A model generated the notes under the pieces. The model made no database searches, was not told the origin of the DNA, and saw only the letters and a program-made list of their open reading frames with translations. Below, piece by piece: positions 33,004-44,740 of a DNA stretch of 64,000 nt. Within the stretch, counting starts at the first letter, position 1; every line of letters begins with the position of its first letter. The stretch comes from Thecamonas trahens ATCC 50062 (taxonomy: Eukaryota; Protista; Apusomonadida). The DNA is taken from the NCBI RefSeq assembly GCF_000142905.1, contig NW_013657673.1, positions 62,001 through 126,000 on the forward strand, given 5' to 3'. The translations under genes were made by a program, and so were the position numbers.

Positions 33004-36000
33004 ATGGCCAAGGGTGTCCGCGGGTGGCTGCGTCGGTCAGGCAAGGGTCGTGTGACTCTGGCCTTTGTGGCCTGTACCTTCCGCCTCACCCGACATGACG
33101 GACCATCGGTGAGCCAAGGGACAGGCGCTGTCTCACTCTGGCCCATCTCATGGAGGACGTTGGAGAACGGGAATCGGGCGGTGACCATCGGCTCGGCAAG
33201 AAAGGTCAACTGGCCATCATGTGTCGAGTTTGAGGACAAGGACATGGCCAACGTGGCTGGTATCGAGTTTGAAGTCGAGCCGCATGGCGCCTTTGTGGCC
33301 CTCCTCAACGTCAATGATGTTGTTCGTTCTCGTCATGGTGATGCTTTGGGAGTGATGGAGTCGTTTGAAGGTCATGGCCTCGAGGGCTCCGTCTACCGCA
33401 CCGCTGCAAGACCCATCGAGATGGCCGCTCACGCTGCTGCTGACCGCATCTGCAAGTACTTTCTCGAGCTCTCGTGGGCGTCCAAGGACTCGGACCTGGT
33501 CTCAGTCTCCGAGCTCCCGCTCGACCCGCTGCTCTCGATTGCCCACGCTTCGCAGAATGAGGCCCGCGCCCGCCAGATTCCGCCGGCGCCGCCGGCCGAC
33601 GCAGCTCTCGCCCGCTGCCATGTTTTTGCCTACGAAGCGCCGGCGCTACCGGGCAACGTGGCGGCAAACGCATCGTCACTAGTCCGTGACGAGCTCAACG
33701 AGCTACACGCCACCATTGTGTCCCTCGGCGTCAACACCGCCGGCTTGCCGGCTGACGCGCGCCCGGCCACTTCGTCGCTCGACATTGTCTCCATCCAGCG
33801 CCAGGATGAGGCATCGGCCTTTCAGTTCTCGACCATGCCACACAGCCATCCGTTTCTGGTCACGTCGGACAAGGTGGTGACGGTGACGTACACGCTCGAC
33901 GCGTCGCTGATGCAGGCGCCGAGCGCGGCGCAGGCGTCCAACGCGCGGCTCTCGAACCGGACTCTCAACAAGGCTAGGCTTGCGCGTCGGTTCTCCTCGC
34001 CATCGCTGACCTTGCTGGAAGAGTCTGCCCGGCGCGACGGGCCCGAGTCGTCGCTGGCGTCGCAGGCGCGTCCATGCGCCCGGGCGCGGATGTCGGCAGC
34101 TCCAGACTCGCCGCTGGGTGGCATCTCGCCGTCCAAGACCACGCCGCTCGTCCACCGCCTCGGCGCAGCGAGCAACGTCTCGCCGAACCACGCGGCGTCT
34201 GGCCTCGATCCGGTGCCGCACCTGCGACTCCCGCCGGCAAGGTCGGCGTCGTCCGACCGGCGGCGGCGGATGGCGGCAACCGATGACTCGGCCTCGATCT
34301 CAGGCGGCGAGTCTGGCTCGGCGTCGTTTGGCGACTCGGGCTCGGCCTCTTCGTCGTCGCAATGTCCAGACGAGGCCGGCGTCTTCACTTCGGTCTTTGC
34401 CGAATTCGTGCAGGCACACGTCCTTCCACCGGATCTTCCGGCGTCGCTCACTCCGCGCGACCTCGCGCCCATCGGCGAGTACCGCGCCAACTTTACCTCT
34501 CGCATGCAAACGCTGTTCCAGTACTACACCGGCGAGTCTGCGACGCTCACCAGCGACTCGGCGCGGCACCTCGCCAACTTGTTTGACGCCGAGGCCGAGC
34601 GAACGCCGCAGCGACGGCTCGACTTTGGCTCGATGATGTTTGGTCTCGGCTCGGTCGATGACGGCTCGGACGCCGACTCGTCGCTGGGCACGGTAACGGC
34701 CTCGCCGCCGTCGGGTGACCACCTTGCCTCGCCGCGGCGGATGCCGCTGGCACAGCCGGGTGGCATCGAGGGCACATCGCCTAACTCGATAGCCGGCTCA
34801 CCGTCGTCGGCATCATCGCCACCGCTCTTCCGGCGGGCAGAATCGCTCGCCTTTGACGCCCTCCTCTCCCCACGGGTTACGCCGTCGGCGCCGCTGCCGA
34901 GCATGTCGCAGCCGCGGAGCAAGCGGCGGAGAGCGCGGCGCGGATCCGACAATGCTAGCTCACGGCAGCAGACGTCGCGGACGTCGCGGACGTCGCGGAC
35001 GTCGCGCTCGCTCTGGTCGTCGTCGCGACGGTCATCGGCGAGCAAGGCCACACTTGGGCTCGCCGGCCTCACCGCGCTCTTTACGCGGCTCTCGACGTCG
35101 AACCCGCACGGCTTTGCCCGGATGGTGCTCGAGGAGGCGGACCCAACGCAGTCGGGCGTCGTGACTTGGCCGCTAATGCTCGAGTGGATTTCGCGGCTCC
35201 CGCTGGCATCGATTGCTTCCGAGCGCGCCCGCGAGCTCCACACGGTTGTCGCTGAAGACAAGCACACCAAGCGCGGAACGCTCTTCAAAAAAGTCGGCTT
35301 CCTTAAGCGATGGAAGGCGCGATACTACAAGCTCAACCTCGTTGACGCGGTGCTCTCGCAGTACCTTACACCCGAGTTTGAACACGCATCGGCCGAGACC
35401 AATGTCAAGACCTACTCGCTGGTCGGCTACTCGATGGCGGTCCTCACGCCCATGTCCGGTATGGAGGCAGCGTTCACGCTCGTCCCGCGCGAGGCCGGTG
35501 TCAAGCCGTTTGTTTTTGGCACGCAGTCGGAGGAGGAGGCACGCGCGTGGATGGCGACGCTCAACACGCTCTTCTCCACCCACTCGCTCTTCAACGCGCA
35601 CACTTTTCACTCGGCAGTGGAGGCTGTCTCGCTGCGGCTCGCTGCTCTGCCCGCTGAGGGCAGTAGCGGCGGCGGCGCCGAAGACACCCGTGCCGCTTCG
35701 CCGTCGGCGCTGTCGTCCGGCAAGCCGTCGCCGACCGTGCCACACTTTCCTGCGCTCGATCCGGACGTACCGGTCCACGTCTCGCACGACGACGGGCTCC
35801 TCCTCCTCGCGCCCGGCTCGGACGAATCGTCGCTCTCGGCCTCGCTCTCGTCGTCGGCGAGGTCGTCGAAGCGCAACTCGATGTCATTCGCTGCCTCCTT
35901 TGGCTCGACCCAGCACTCGCCGCACCGAGACAACGCGATCGAGCGGTCGACGATTGCCGATGTGCTGGTGACGGCGCAGGCGTCAGTCGTCGCCTCGCCA

Positions 36001-36282
36001 CCGGCGGCGGCCGACCCGCGCCGAATCCGATCTGCGGCGTCGTCACCGACTATGGGCAGCCCGGGAGGGATGGCACCCATTGCCGATGCGACCGAGCGCA
36101 GCCTGCTTCCGATTGCCGCCCAGCCAGGCCCATCACAGCTTACGGCCGACGGCAGCGATGGCAGCGGGCTGGGTGCGAGCTCGTCGTCGTCGATCACGTT
36201 TATGGGAGGGCGGACGAACGAGGTGCACTCTGTAGAGGAGAACGACCTCGACGCGTTGCTCGAGCTCATGTTCTGCCTGTAG
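33004..36282 (+). CDS. Large protein with EF-hand-like motif and PH domain (start uncertain)
   Basis: PH: KRGTLFKKVGFLKRWKARYYKL...FTLV....PFVF....EEEARAWMATL; EF-like ADPTQSGVVTWP; Ser-rich linkers. Confidence 0.75.
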   Translation: MAKGVRGWLRRSGKGRVTLAFVACTFRLTRHDGPSVSQGTGAVSLWPISWRTLENGNRAVTIGSARKVNWPSCVEFEDKDMANVAGIEFEVEPHGAFVALLNVNDVVRSRHGDALGVMESFEGHGLEGSVYRTAARPIEMAAHAAADRICKYFLELSWASKDSDLVSVSELPLDPLLSIAHASQNEARARQIPPAPPADAALARCHVFAYEAPALPGNVAANASSLVRDELNELHATIVSLGVNTAGLPADARPATSSLDIVSIQRQDEASAFQFSTMPHSHPFLVTSDKVVTVTYTLDASLMQAPSAAQASNARLSNRTLNKARLARRFSSPSLTLLEESARRDGPESSLASQARPCARARMSAAPDSPLGGISPSKTTPLVHRLGAASNVSPNHAASGLDPVPHLRLPPARSASSDRRRRMAATDDSASISGGESGSASFGDSGSASSSSQCPDEAGVFTSVFAEFVQAHVLPPDLPASLTPRDLAPIGEYRANFTSRMQTLFQYYTGESATLTSDSARHLANLFDAEAERTPQRRLDFGSMMFGLGSVDDGSDADSSLGTVTASPPSGDHLASPRRMPLAQPGGIEGTSPNSIAGSPSSASSPPLFRRAESLAFDALLSPRVTPSAPLPSMSQPRSKRRRARRGSDNASSRQQTSRTSRTSRTSRSLWSSSRRSSASKATLGLAGLTALFTRLSTSNPHGFARMVLEEADPTQSGVVTWPLMLEWISRLPLASIASERARELHTVVAEDKHTKRGTLFKKVGFLKRWKARYYKLNLVDAVLSQYLTPEFEHASAETNVKTYSLVGYSMAVLTPMSGMEAAFTLVPREAGVKPFVFGTQSEEEARAWMATLNTLFSTHSLFNAHTFHSAVEAVSLRLAALPAEGSSGGGAEDTRAASPSALSSGKPSPTVPHFPALDPDVPVHVSHDDGLLLLAPGSDESSLSASLSSSARSSKRNSMSFAASFGSTQHSPHRDNAIERSTIADVLVTAQASVVASPPAAADPRRIRSAASSPTMGSPGGMAPIADATERSLLPIAAQPGPSQLTADGSDGSGLGASSSSSITFMGGRTNEVHSVEENDLDALLELMFCL

Positions 36283-36295
36283 TAGCCGGCGGCGG

Positions 36296-39176
36296 TCACG
36301 AGCGCCAGTACATAGCGACGCGGTGAAAGGTTTCAGCAATCTGTGGAGCGAGAGCCGAGACCGAGTCGGCGATGAGGTTCTGGAAGTACTGGATGGCTTC
36401 CTCGTCGGTGAGGTCGAGGCGGAAGTTCTGCTCGACGCGGCGGAGGGCGCGCTCCGGCTGTGACGACAAGTCTGGGATGTTGGCGTCGATCATGAGGCGG
36501 AGGAGGTTGAGGATGAGGTGGGCAGACTTGCGGAAGATGTTGAACGACTCGCAGCAGTACGAGATGAACCGCGAGTAGTGCTCCGAGTCCGAGCCGCCGA
36601 GTGCCTCGACCATCTCCTTGCACAGCTTCATGGGCGGCGGCAGCGGCTTGGGTCCTTGCCGAGGATGTAGCCAAAGTCGATGTGGAAGAGCTGGCCCGAG
36701 TCGGTGAGAAGAAGGTTGTCGAGATGGCGGTCGCCGACGGCGAGGATGTATGTGATGACCGAGTATCCTGCGCACGACCGGGCAAAGGTGTCGAGGACGG
36801 CCTCGGAGATCTGGTACGGCCCGTTAGGGTCGGGCGCGACCTTGCGGAAGAAGCCGAGGATGCCGGCCTTGTGCTCTTTGATCACGCGCGAGACGTTGTG
36901 CGAGCCATCGACAAACTCGATGAGCCCGTCGTTGGATGACGCCGCGAGGACAGAGTACGGCATGAGCTTGAGGTCGAGCGCCTCTTTGAGGAGCAGCGAG
37001 TCCATGAGCCGGATGAGCTGAATGACGAGCTGGTCCTGGCGCGGGTCGTCGCCGGCCTTGAACAGAACCTTGTACCTACCGCCAGCGGCGGTGATAAAGG
37101 TGAGGAGGAGCGGGGTGAGCGCCGACTTGAGCATGGTGCACTCGGCGCCGTCGAGGCCGACGACAACTATGTCCGGATTGAGCGGGAGCTCGACCGGCTT
37201 GAAGCTTGCCAGCTCCGAGAACTCGCCGCGCGAGGAGAGACCCTGCTGCAGCCGGGTGATGTTCTTCTTGCGATCGCGCTGCTTGCGGAGCTCCGAGTAG
37301 AGTGCGTTGAGGTGGGCGAGCAAGTTGCGCTGGCGGACAATCATGTCGTAGCGCGGAGCGAGCGGTGTGGCGGATGCCGAGCCGCTCAGCGAAGCCGAGC
37401 CGCCGGTCGACGAGCCTGGCGACGACGTAGCGTGGGCGTCGCCGGCTGGCATGGAGCTCGACTCGCCGGTGACAAACGCGAGTGCCGAAGAGAAGAGGCC
37501 CATGGTCGAGTCTGCCACCGACGTTGCCAGCGCCGATGCGCCCGAGACCTTGCTTGTTGGCAGGGGGAGGGTGGTGCCGGCAGAGAGCGGGTCGGCACTG
37601 CCACCGCCGGTTGCCGGCAGCGTTAGCTGCGAGTGGGCGTCGTTGACCGAGGCCTCGAACGAGACGATAAAGTTGTGGAACATCTTGCCGTACGCCTTGT
37701 CCTCGCACTCGACCTGCAGGTACCAGACAAGGAAGTTGCCGACGCGGGCGTTGGCGAGGGCGCGGGTGAGGAGAAAACGGCCGAGTGGCGAGTCCGGGCC
37801 AGGAGCAGGCGAGTAGCGGAGGCACTGGACGAGCTGCAGCAGGTACATGAGAATTTTCTCGTCCGAGGCCGACTGGAGCACGTCGAGGGCGAGAAGGCGG
37901 ACCGAGGGATTGCGGAACAGCAGCAGCTCAAGCGCCTGCTCAACCGAGATGGGCGCCCAAGAGGGGAGGAGCGAGGCGACGAGGTCGACCTCGCCGGGAT
38001 CGGACCACTCGATGGTGCGGAGGAACGGACCGAGGGCGCGCGGATTGGAGACGAGCGCGTAGCGGAACTTCCACAACAGCTCCGAGTGCTCATCGGAGAT
38101 GGGTGCGGTAGGCGGAGCGGTGATGATGGCATGCAGTGCGCGGCGCTCGGCCGAGTTGGGCTTGAGGTTGTGGTCGAGGAAGCCCTTGCGATGCGAGCGA
38201 GCCAGTCGGCGATGCTTGGCTTCAACCGGGTTGGAGTCAACGCCGACAAACGGATCGCAGACGGTGACGAGGGCGTTGGTGGCAAAGTTCGGAAATGGTG
38301 GCGGGCCGCCGGCGAGCTCGACAACCTCCTCGAGCGGAGTGGCGAGGACCGGGTAGTCAAAGGTGACGAGCTCGATGACGAGGGTGTCACCAGCTGCGGA
38401 CGCACCGGCCACATGCTGCGCGCGGGCCTTGAGCGCGTGGACATGCTCAAAGGCAAGAGCATCCAGCCACTCGACCCGTGGCACGTCGCCCTGGTCGTAC
38501 GCCCGCATGCCAGCCGCCACATTGGCGTACGTGGCCTCGAGCGATCCAGGCTCTGGTGGCGGCGGCTGGGCCATCCGCGGCACGTCTCGCCCAGAACCAA
38601 AGCCTGCGTCCAACCCGTGCAGCGGCGAGGCAATCTGCGCCGGGCTCAGCGCCAGCGAGTGCTTGCCCTTGGCCAGGACGCCGTTTGAGCGGAAGAGCGG
38701 AAAGACGGCCGATCCGAGTGGTGATGCCGCTTCTGGCGCAGCTACATTCCACAACGTGGCCACAAGCACGGCCGACCGTGGTAAATCGGCGTAGCGGACC
38801 GGAAACTCGAGCCACTGATCCCATCCCGAGTCTGGGGGGGCGATGACAGCCGTTCTGGTCTTCAGGGGGAGGCCGAGCGGGCGGCCATCAGCCCAAAGCT
38901 GAGCCTCGACAAAGGCATAGGCATAGGGATGATTGAGAGCATCATGACGAGCCGGACACGATGTATGTCCGAGTGCAGCAGGCGTTTTGTGTTTGCGGGC
39001 ACAGCCGTGGCAGCCGTAGCAGCAGGGTTGGTGTTGGGGGGCGCAGCCGTGGCAGCAGGCTGGCCGGTCACCGCCGGCACAAGGCCCACCATGCGGACAC
39101 GGACGTTAAGGGCGGCGACCTCGGCAGAGTAGATGTAGTGGAAGGTTTTGTTGGTGGTGGTGGACGGCGTGGGCAT
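36296..39176 (-). CDS. VPS34: Class III PI3-kinase Vps34; two apparent 1-nt frameshifts (~38985 and ~36651)
   Basis: FHYIYS and C2 (VEAQLWADGRPLGLP, WDQWLEFPVRYADLPR); NPVEAKHRRLARS; helical LLWKFRY, YLLQLVQCLRY; kinase FKAGDD.RQDQL, VGDRHLDNLL, HIDFGYILG, PPPMKLCKEMVE, C-terminal YWRS. Confidence 0.96.
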
Positions 39177-39384
39177 ACCCAGCATCCGTTTGCGTGCCCC
39201 ATACATGGGGTGTGTGCGTGTGTGGGTGTGTGGGTGGAGTGGTATGAGAGTGAGGTGTCGGCCTGTGGGTGGTTCGGCTGTTGCCGGTGTGGCACAGAGT
39301 CCGTGTTCCGTGTTGGGAGAAGGGGGGGGGGGGGGTGGGGTGGGGTAGGTGGATCGGAGGGCTGGGGGTGATGCGGTGGTGGGT

Positions 39385-41682
39385 TCACATGAGCGAGACC
39401 TCGCCGTTGAGCGAGGCCAGCTGCGACTTGAGCGACAACGAGTCGGAGATGGTGATGTAGACGAGGGCGGCGGTGCCGAGGATGGCGATGGCCGCGTCGA
39501 GGAGGCGGATCGCGGGGGTGAGCTTGTTGTAGAAGAGTGCGAGGTGAAAGGCAGCTGGAAAGACAATCGAGGTGAGAATGGAGCAGATGCCGCCGAGGAG
39601 CGACTCGAGGTAGTCGAGGACGTAGTAGGCGTTGAGGGCGAGGACGACGAGGCCGGCAAAGACCAGAATGCGGACGGCGGTGGCAAGGACCACAAAGTGC
39701 CACGACGACGTGGTGATTGCTGGAGCCGCCAGCGAGCCGATGGCGTCGAGCGCAAGCATGTGCCGCGGCGGCGCGCCGCCGCCGCCGCCTTGGATGTGGA
39801 CGGGGCTCGTCGGAGCGACAACCCGCGGGAGGTGTGCGCGGCGGCGCGCGGCGGCACGCCTTTTGAGGAAGCGCAGCAAGTAGTCCTCGGGCACCTCGGC
39901 GAGAACGGTGAGGATGGTCGGGACGGTGGTGAGCGAGTTGAGCGCCACAAAGCCGACGCAGAACTTGCCGATGATTTGCGCCACCGTCGACGCTGTGTCG
40001 ACGGTGATGAGGTTGGTGGTGATGAGCACGTCCGCACCGTCGCCAAACCGCAGGTAGCCAAGCACGCCCATAGCGGCGTAGATGAGAAACATGACCACAA
40101 AGGTGGCGTCGAGCATGCGTTCGTACGCCTTGGGATTAAGCATGTTCTTGCGGATCGACGGGAGCGCGGCGTGGCCAGACTGCGAGACTAGGAGCATGCC
40201 CGTGATGAGCGGAAACGAACCAAACTCGACAACCTTGGTCTCGCCCGTCGCCAGCTCGTCGGTCGCCAGCCCCTGCACAAACCACCCAGTCACCACCGCC
40301 GTCACCAGAGCCGAGCATAGCATGCCAATGAGGTTGATGAACGAGAGCTTGGCAAACGACCGAATGCACACAATTGGCGCAAGGAGGCCGACCGAGCCCG
40401 CAACCACGTACCAGATCGAGACGTGCGGGAGGAGGGCATGAACCGACTGCCAAATGATGATGAGGCACATGCACGCGGCGCCCGAGAACTCGAGCGAGAT
40501 GATGACCTCGACAAGCACCTTGCCAAAGCGCCCCATGACCGCCGCGCCGAGGTTCGGATACGAGGCATCGCCAGCGGCATCGCCACGCCAGTCGGCGTGC
40601 ATGAAGCAACGGACAATGATCTTGCCGGTGTAGTTGCACACGATACAGATGAGCGCCATGAGCGCGACAGAGACAACACCGCCGCGCCGGAGCACGTATG
40701 CGTTCGAGAGCAGGCCGAGACCCACGTACACGTTGAGAACATTGAACGCCGTCTGGAGCGTGGACGTCTTGCTACTCTTGTCCACCGCCACGTCGATGCC
40801 GAGCTTTGTCAGGTAGTTGGCGCGCACATCGCGCGAGTTGAACCGCTTGGGCGGCGAGCTCCGCTTCGGTCCGCGCGACGAGAGCAGTTGCGGCCCGCGC
40901 GCACTCCCCACTTGCTTCTTGTGCTGCGGCGAGGCCCGCGCCAAGTGCGGCGCCTGCTGTGGCGACGGCGCCGGCGTTGCCGGTGGGGTAAATGCGAGTG
41001 GCGAGATCGGCGAGAGCGGCGCCGGCGAGGCCCGCGCAGAGCGCGGCGGTGAGAGAAAACCCGACGCCGACGCCGACGCCGACCCAACAGCGGGAAACGG
41101 CGAGGCGAGTGGCGGTCGGGCTGGAATGGGCCGACGGGCTGAAGCGGACAGGCCTGGACCGTAACCGGGCGTGCCCGAGGCGGTCCCGGTCCCGGTGCCA
41201 GTGTCTGTGGCCGAGCCCGAGAGTGATCCGCGCCCATCGCCGACCGCATCGTTCGGAGGCGACATAAAGATGGCTCTCCGTGCCTGTGCAGCATACTTGC
41301 GCGCCGGCGAGGTGTTCGGCGGCGGATGCCGGGCCTTGCGCTGCTTGCGGCTGGCGCCGTCAGCCGACTCGCTGACTGGGTTGTGGTAGAACGACGAGGC
41401 GACGACAACAGTCGGCTGCTTGGCTCTCCCGCGAGCACGCCTGCTCCCCAAACCCGAGCCATATTCCGAGCTCCGATCCCAGCCGTTCCGATTCCCCTTG
41501 GCGCCTCGGCCGTGCCGCTCCTGTCCAGCTCGGTCACGTGAGGGGGCCTTTCTTGGCGACGGCCGGAAGAGGCCACGGGCAGCACGAGGCTGGCCCGAAG
41601 ACGGCCCTGCCCCACTCTCCAAGAGTGGCGTAGTCTCGGAGACTAGCGGGAACGGCGGTGGGGTCAACGGTGGCGACGCCAT
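39385..41682 (-). CDS. Amino-acid transporter (Aa_trans, AVT1/SLC32-like) with long disordered N-terminus
   Basis: STLQTAFNVLNVYVGLGLLS..Y....GG, YTGKIIVRC, SYPNLG...G, SGHAALPSI..NM.NPK, GYLRFG, about 11 TM helices; ETTPLL dileucine-type motif near the N-terminus. Confidence 0.9.
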   Translation of the reverse strand: MASPPLTPPPFPLVSETTPLLESGAGPSSGQPRAARGLFRPSPRKAPSRDRAGQERHGRGAKGNRNGWDRSSEYGSGLGSRRARGRAKQPTVVVASSFYHNPVSESADGASRKQRKARHPPPNTSPARKYAAQARRAIFMSPPNDAVGDGRGSLSGSATDTGTGTGTASGTPGYGPGLSASARRPIPARPPLASPFPAVGSASASASGFLSPPRSARASPAPLSPISPLAFTPPATPAPSPQQAPHLARASPQHKKQVGSARGPQLLSSRGPKRSSPPKRFNSRDVRANYLTKLGIDVAVDKSSKTSTLQTAFNVLNVYVGLGLLSNAYVLRRGGVVSVALMALICIVCNYTGKIIVRCFMHADWRGDAAGDASYPNLGAAVMGRFGKVLVEVIISLEFSGAACMCLIIIWQSVHALLPHVSIWYVVAGSVGLLAPIVCIRSFAKLSFINLIGMLCSALVTAVVTGWFVQGLATDELATGETKVVEFGSFPLITGMLLVSQSGHAALPSIRKNMLNPKAYERMLDATFVVMFLIYAAMGVLGYLRFGDGADVLITTNLITVDTASTVAQIIGKFCVGFVALNSLTTVPTILTVLAEVPEDYLLRFLKRRAAARRRAHLPRVVAPTSPVHIQGGGGGAPPRHMLALDAIGSLAAPAITTSSWHFVVLATAVRILVFAGLVVLALNAYYVLDYLESLLGGICSILTSIVFPAAFHLALFYNKLTPAIRLLDAAIAILGTAALVYITISDSLSLKSQLASLNGEVSLM

Positions 41683-42006
41683 GGCCCTCGCTCTTGCTCC
41701 AACCAGGGGAGGGGGGAGGGGGGAGGGGGCGACGAGTGTGCGAGCGCTATGGGTTGACCTGACGCACGGGCTGCCCCCCCCCCCCCCCCCCGGCGCGATT
41801 GATCGGAGGGCCCATGGGTTGGGAGTCGGCGGTTGGCTCGGTCAAAGGGCCTAGATGGGCAGAGGAAGAGTATGCGCGTGTATGTAGGGCGTGTGCGCAT
41901 GTACTGTATCGGGACAGGAAGGGCGTACGGGCTAGAGAGTGTGCTTCGCTGTCGAGCGTTCGATTGGAAGCGCAGGAATTGTCACGGCGCAAGCCACAGT
42001 GGCTGG

Positions 42007-42720
42007 CTACTGGCTGCGACGGCAGCGCTGGTAGGAGAGCCATGTAGCATGGGCAGAGATGGCAAAGTAGAGCAGGTAGATAGCCATGAGCAGCGGCGGA
42101 GAGGACGGGGCAAAGGACGCAGACTGGTCAGCGACGGCCAGGGTGCGGGCGCCATCGAGAGAGAGGGCGATGATCGGCGAGACATCGATAGAGAGGAGGT
42201 AGAGGAGCGAGTTGACAAGCGAGAAGAGCCGGCGGTGGGCAAGAATCATCAACAGGCGCCAGCATGGCGAGTCTGTGCTCGAGTCTCCGGCCGGGCCGAG
42301 GACAAACAGGCCGGCGAGGGCGAGCGCCTCGAGGGCCATGGTGGGGATCGATCGGAGGTTGAAGCTAAAGGTGCCAGCCGCAAACGACTTGCCGACGATC
42401 ACCATGCGGGCAACGAGGTAGCCGAGGTTGAGAGCGAGGGCGAGCGAGAGTGCCGGCGAGGCCACCGGCAGCGGCACGCCGAGGAGCAGCGAGGCGAGCG
42501 AGGTGTTGGCCACGTCTGCGTAGGCCACAAGTAGGTAGATGGCAAAGCCGGCAGCAATCTCCGCCAGCGACCACCTGCGCTCAATCTCGTAGTCCCACTC
42601 GCCGTAGACCGATGGCTGGATGGCGTTGCGGAGGGCGGCAAAGGCCGGAGTGAGGCCGAGCTCAAAGCCGGCCATGGCCACGCTGGCAGCCCAAGGGACC
42701 ATGCCCGATACACACGACAT
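42007..42720 (-). CDS. Hypothetical multi-pass membrane protein
   Basis: 237-aa hydrophobic ORF from MSCVSG with host codon usage; the upstream ORF extension is a (CA)n repeat. Confidence 0.65.
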   Translation of the reverse strand: MSCVSGMVPWAASVAMAGFELGLTPAFAALRNAIQPSVYGEWDYEIERRWSLAEIAAGFAIYLLVAYADVANTSLASLLLGVPLPVASPALSLALALNLGYLVARMVIVGKSFAAGTFSFNLRSIPTMALEALALAGLFVLGPAGDSSTDSPCWRLLMILAHRRLFSLVNSLLYLLSIDVSPIIALSLDGARTLAVADQSASFAPSSPPLLMAIYLLYFAISAHATWLSYQRCRRSQ

Positions 42721-42825
42721 GGTTGTTTGAGTTTGGGGAGGGAAGGGGTTGGGGGCTGGGGACGGGGAGGGGTTGGGAGAAGGGTAGAGTGGTGTGGTTG
42801 TGGTTGTGGTTGTGGTTGTGGAGTG

Positions 42826-42874
<49 letters not shown>

Positions 42875-43261
42875 CTGTGTCGCAATGCAGGTGTGTTCCT
42901 TCCACGACCTTTTTCGCCCCATCGCCTACCCCCTGCCAAGGCCATGTCGCCATGCTGTTGCCCCCCCCCCCGCTCTAATCTCGACAGGCAAGAATGTTTG
43001 CGTCTACGCAGATCCTCCCGCCCACCCATGACTTACCATACTTGCCCCACGTGTCAACGTGACGGTGGTCCACGCAAGTCCACGACATAGTCCACAACCT
43101 GGCACTGTCACTCGCTTGTCTGCCAAGCCAGTCTCTGGCCTGGTCTGATTGTCTGCCATTTGGCTGACGAACGAACACACCACAGGACGGCCGCGACCGA
43201 CCCAAAGCCAGCGGCACGCGTAACCACCAGCCGGACATCACCACTCTGCCCACCTCCCACC

Positions 43262-43271
43262 TATATATATA
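43262..43271 (+). promoter_or_regulatory. TATA-like element
   Basis: TATATATATA in a GC-rich context about 45 nt upstream of ATG 43315. Confidence 0.35.
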
Positions 43272-43314
43272 CCACCTCTCTCTCTCTCTCTCGCCACCCA
43301 CCCACCACCTTTCT

Positions 43315-44731
43315 ATGGCGTGGCATTCAAGTGGGTCAGCCTCGGCCTCGCTGTCGCACGCGGCTCCTCCTTGTCCTGCCGCACGGCCTCCTCCCGACGT
43401 CGCCTTGGGTGATGGTGAGCCCGTGGACGCTCCTGAGCCTTCCCGCTCACCCTCGCCCTCCTTCACCGCCGCTTGGCCACCTGCGCCCTCGGTTCCGGAC
43501 ACGCAGCTTGCCGACGAGGCTCCTCCTCCTCCTCCCCTCCTCCTCATCGTCGTCGTCGCCGTCGTCGCCGTTCGCAGGCAGAGCAGCCGCTAGACGGGCC
43601 CCAATCGCAGTCGGGTTCACACTCGCAGTCGCAGTCGCAGTCGCTGGTGCGTGGAGCATCAGCAGCTTCCGAGGCAGAGACCGATGTCGCCAGATCTGGC
43701 TCCCCCGCCGGCTCGGACAGCTCTGGGTCGGGGTCGTCGTCGGCGGCAGCAGCGGTGGCGGCCGTCGCCGCCATGCAAGAGCGGAGGCGGAACCAGCAGG
43801 CATCGCTGCGGCTGTGGCAGGTCATCAACGGCGGGTTTTTGGCTACGAGCTGGGACTGATGATTGCGCTGAGCGTGGCCGTGGCCGACGGGACGGGTAAG
43901 GCCTGCGACGTGCCGCTCATCCGGTGGGCGGTGGCACAGCTCGTGCTTGCTGTCCTCTTTGTGCTCAACACCACCGCCATGCAGGTTGCCCTGCATCTCT
44001 TCCCGATCGAGCGCGTCGATGAGGGCGAGACTGACGAGCCGGACACAGCCTCGATGCGGCTGCTTTCGGCATCGTATTCGTTCGGGCGGATGCTCAACCT
44101 TGTCTTTGTGGTCCTCTTCTTTATTCAGCTTGCGTGGGTCATCCGCGCCTCGTCGTGCCACACCACCGCCCCGGTCATGTACCGGGTGGCGTACGTCACG
44201 CTCTTCATTCACGGATCGTTCCTCGGCCTCCTCGTCCTCGCCTGGTGCTGCGGTATGGGCATCCTCACTGTTTACGTCATGCTCCAGCCCGATGCACAGT
44301 TTGGCTACGGGCCCGACGCCGCGCCGCGGCTCGATCCACGGACAGGCACCATGATGGGCTGGCTCGGCGGGAGCAGGGTCAAGGTCACCTCGCCGGCCAT
44401 CGTTGACGCTCTTGCCGTCGAACGCTACACCGAGGGCATGTTTGACGACCCCGAGGATGCGCAGTGTGTCATCTGCCTCTGCGAGTACGAGCCTCACGAC
44501 GAGCTCATCCGACTCGCCACTTGCGTCCATCACTTTCATGCCCCCTGCATCCGCGAGTGGCTCACAAAGTCCTCGCGCCGCTGTCCGCTCTGCAACCAGC
44601 CAGTCGAGGACTCGGCCGCCTCCTCCTCGTCCTCCTCGTCGTCGTCGAATCTCACCGCTTCCTCCGTCTCGTCGTCGTCATCGGGCCCGAGCGCCTTGCT
44701 CCGCCCGGCTCGCCGCACATCACTCCCATAA
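43315..44731 (+). CDS. Multi-TM RING-H2 E3 ubiquitin ligase; two apparent 1-nt frameshifts (~43535, ~43838)
   Basis: CVICLCEYE....L..L..CVHHFHAPCIREWL.....CPLC; TM region with CDVPLIRW and SSCHTTAPVMY; the N-terminus is split over three frames. Confidence 0.88.
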
Positions 44732-44740
44732 CCATGTCTT

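Noticed and set aside
36296-39176. Vps34, SMT and RING genes as pseudogenes
   Set aside because: All catalytic motifs are intact and there are no other lesions; single-base homopolymer deficits point to sequencing error
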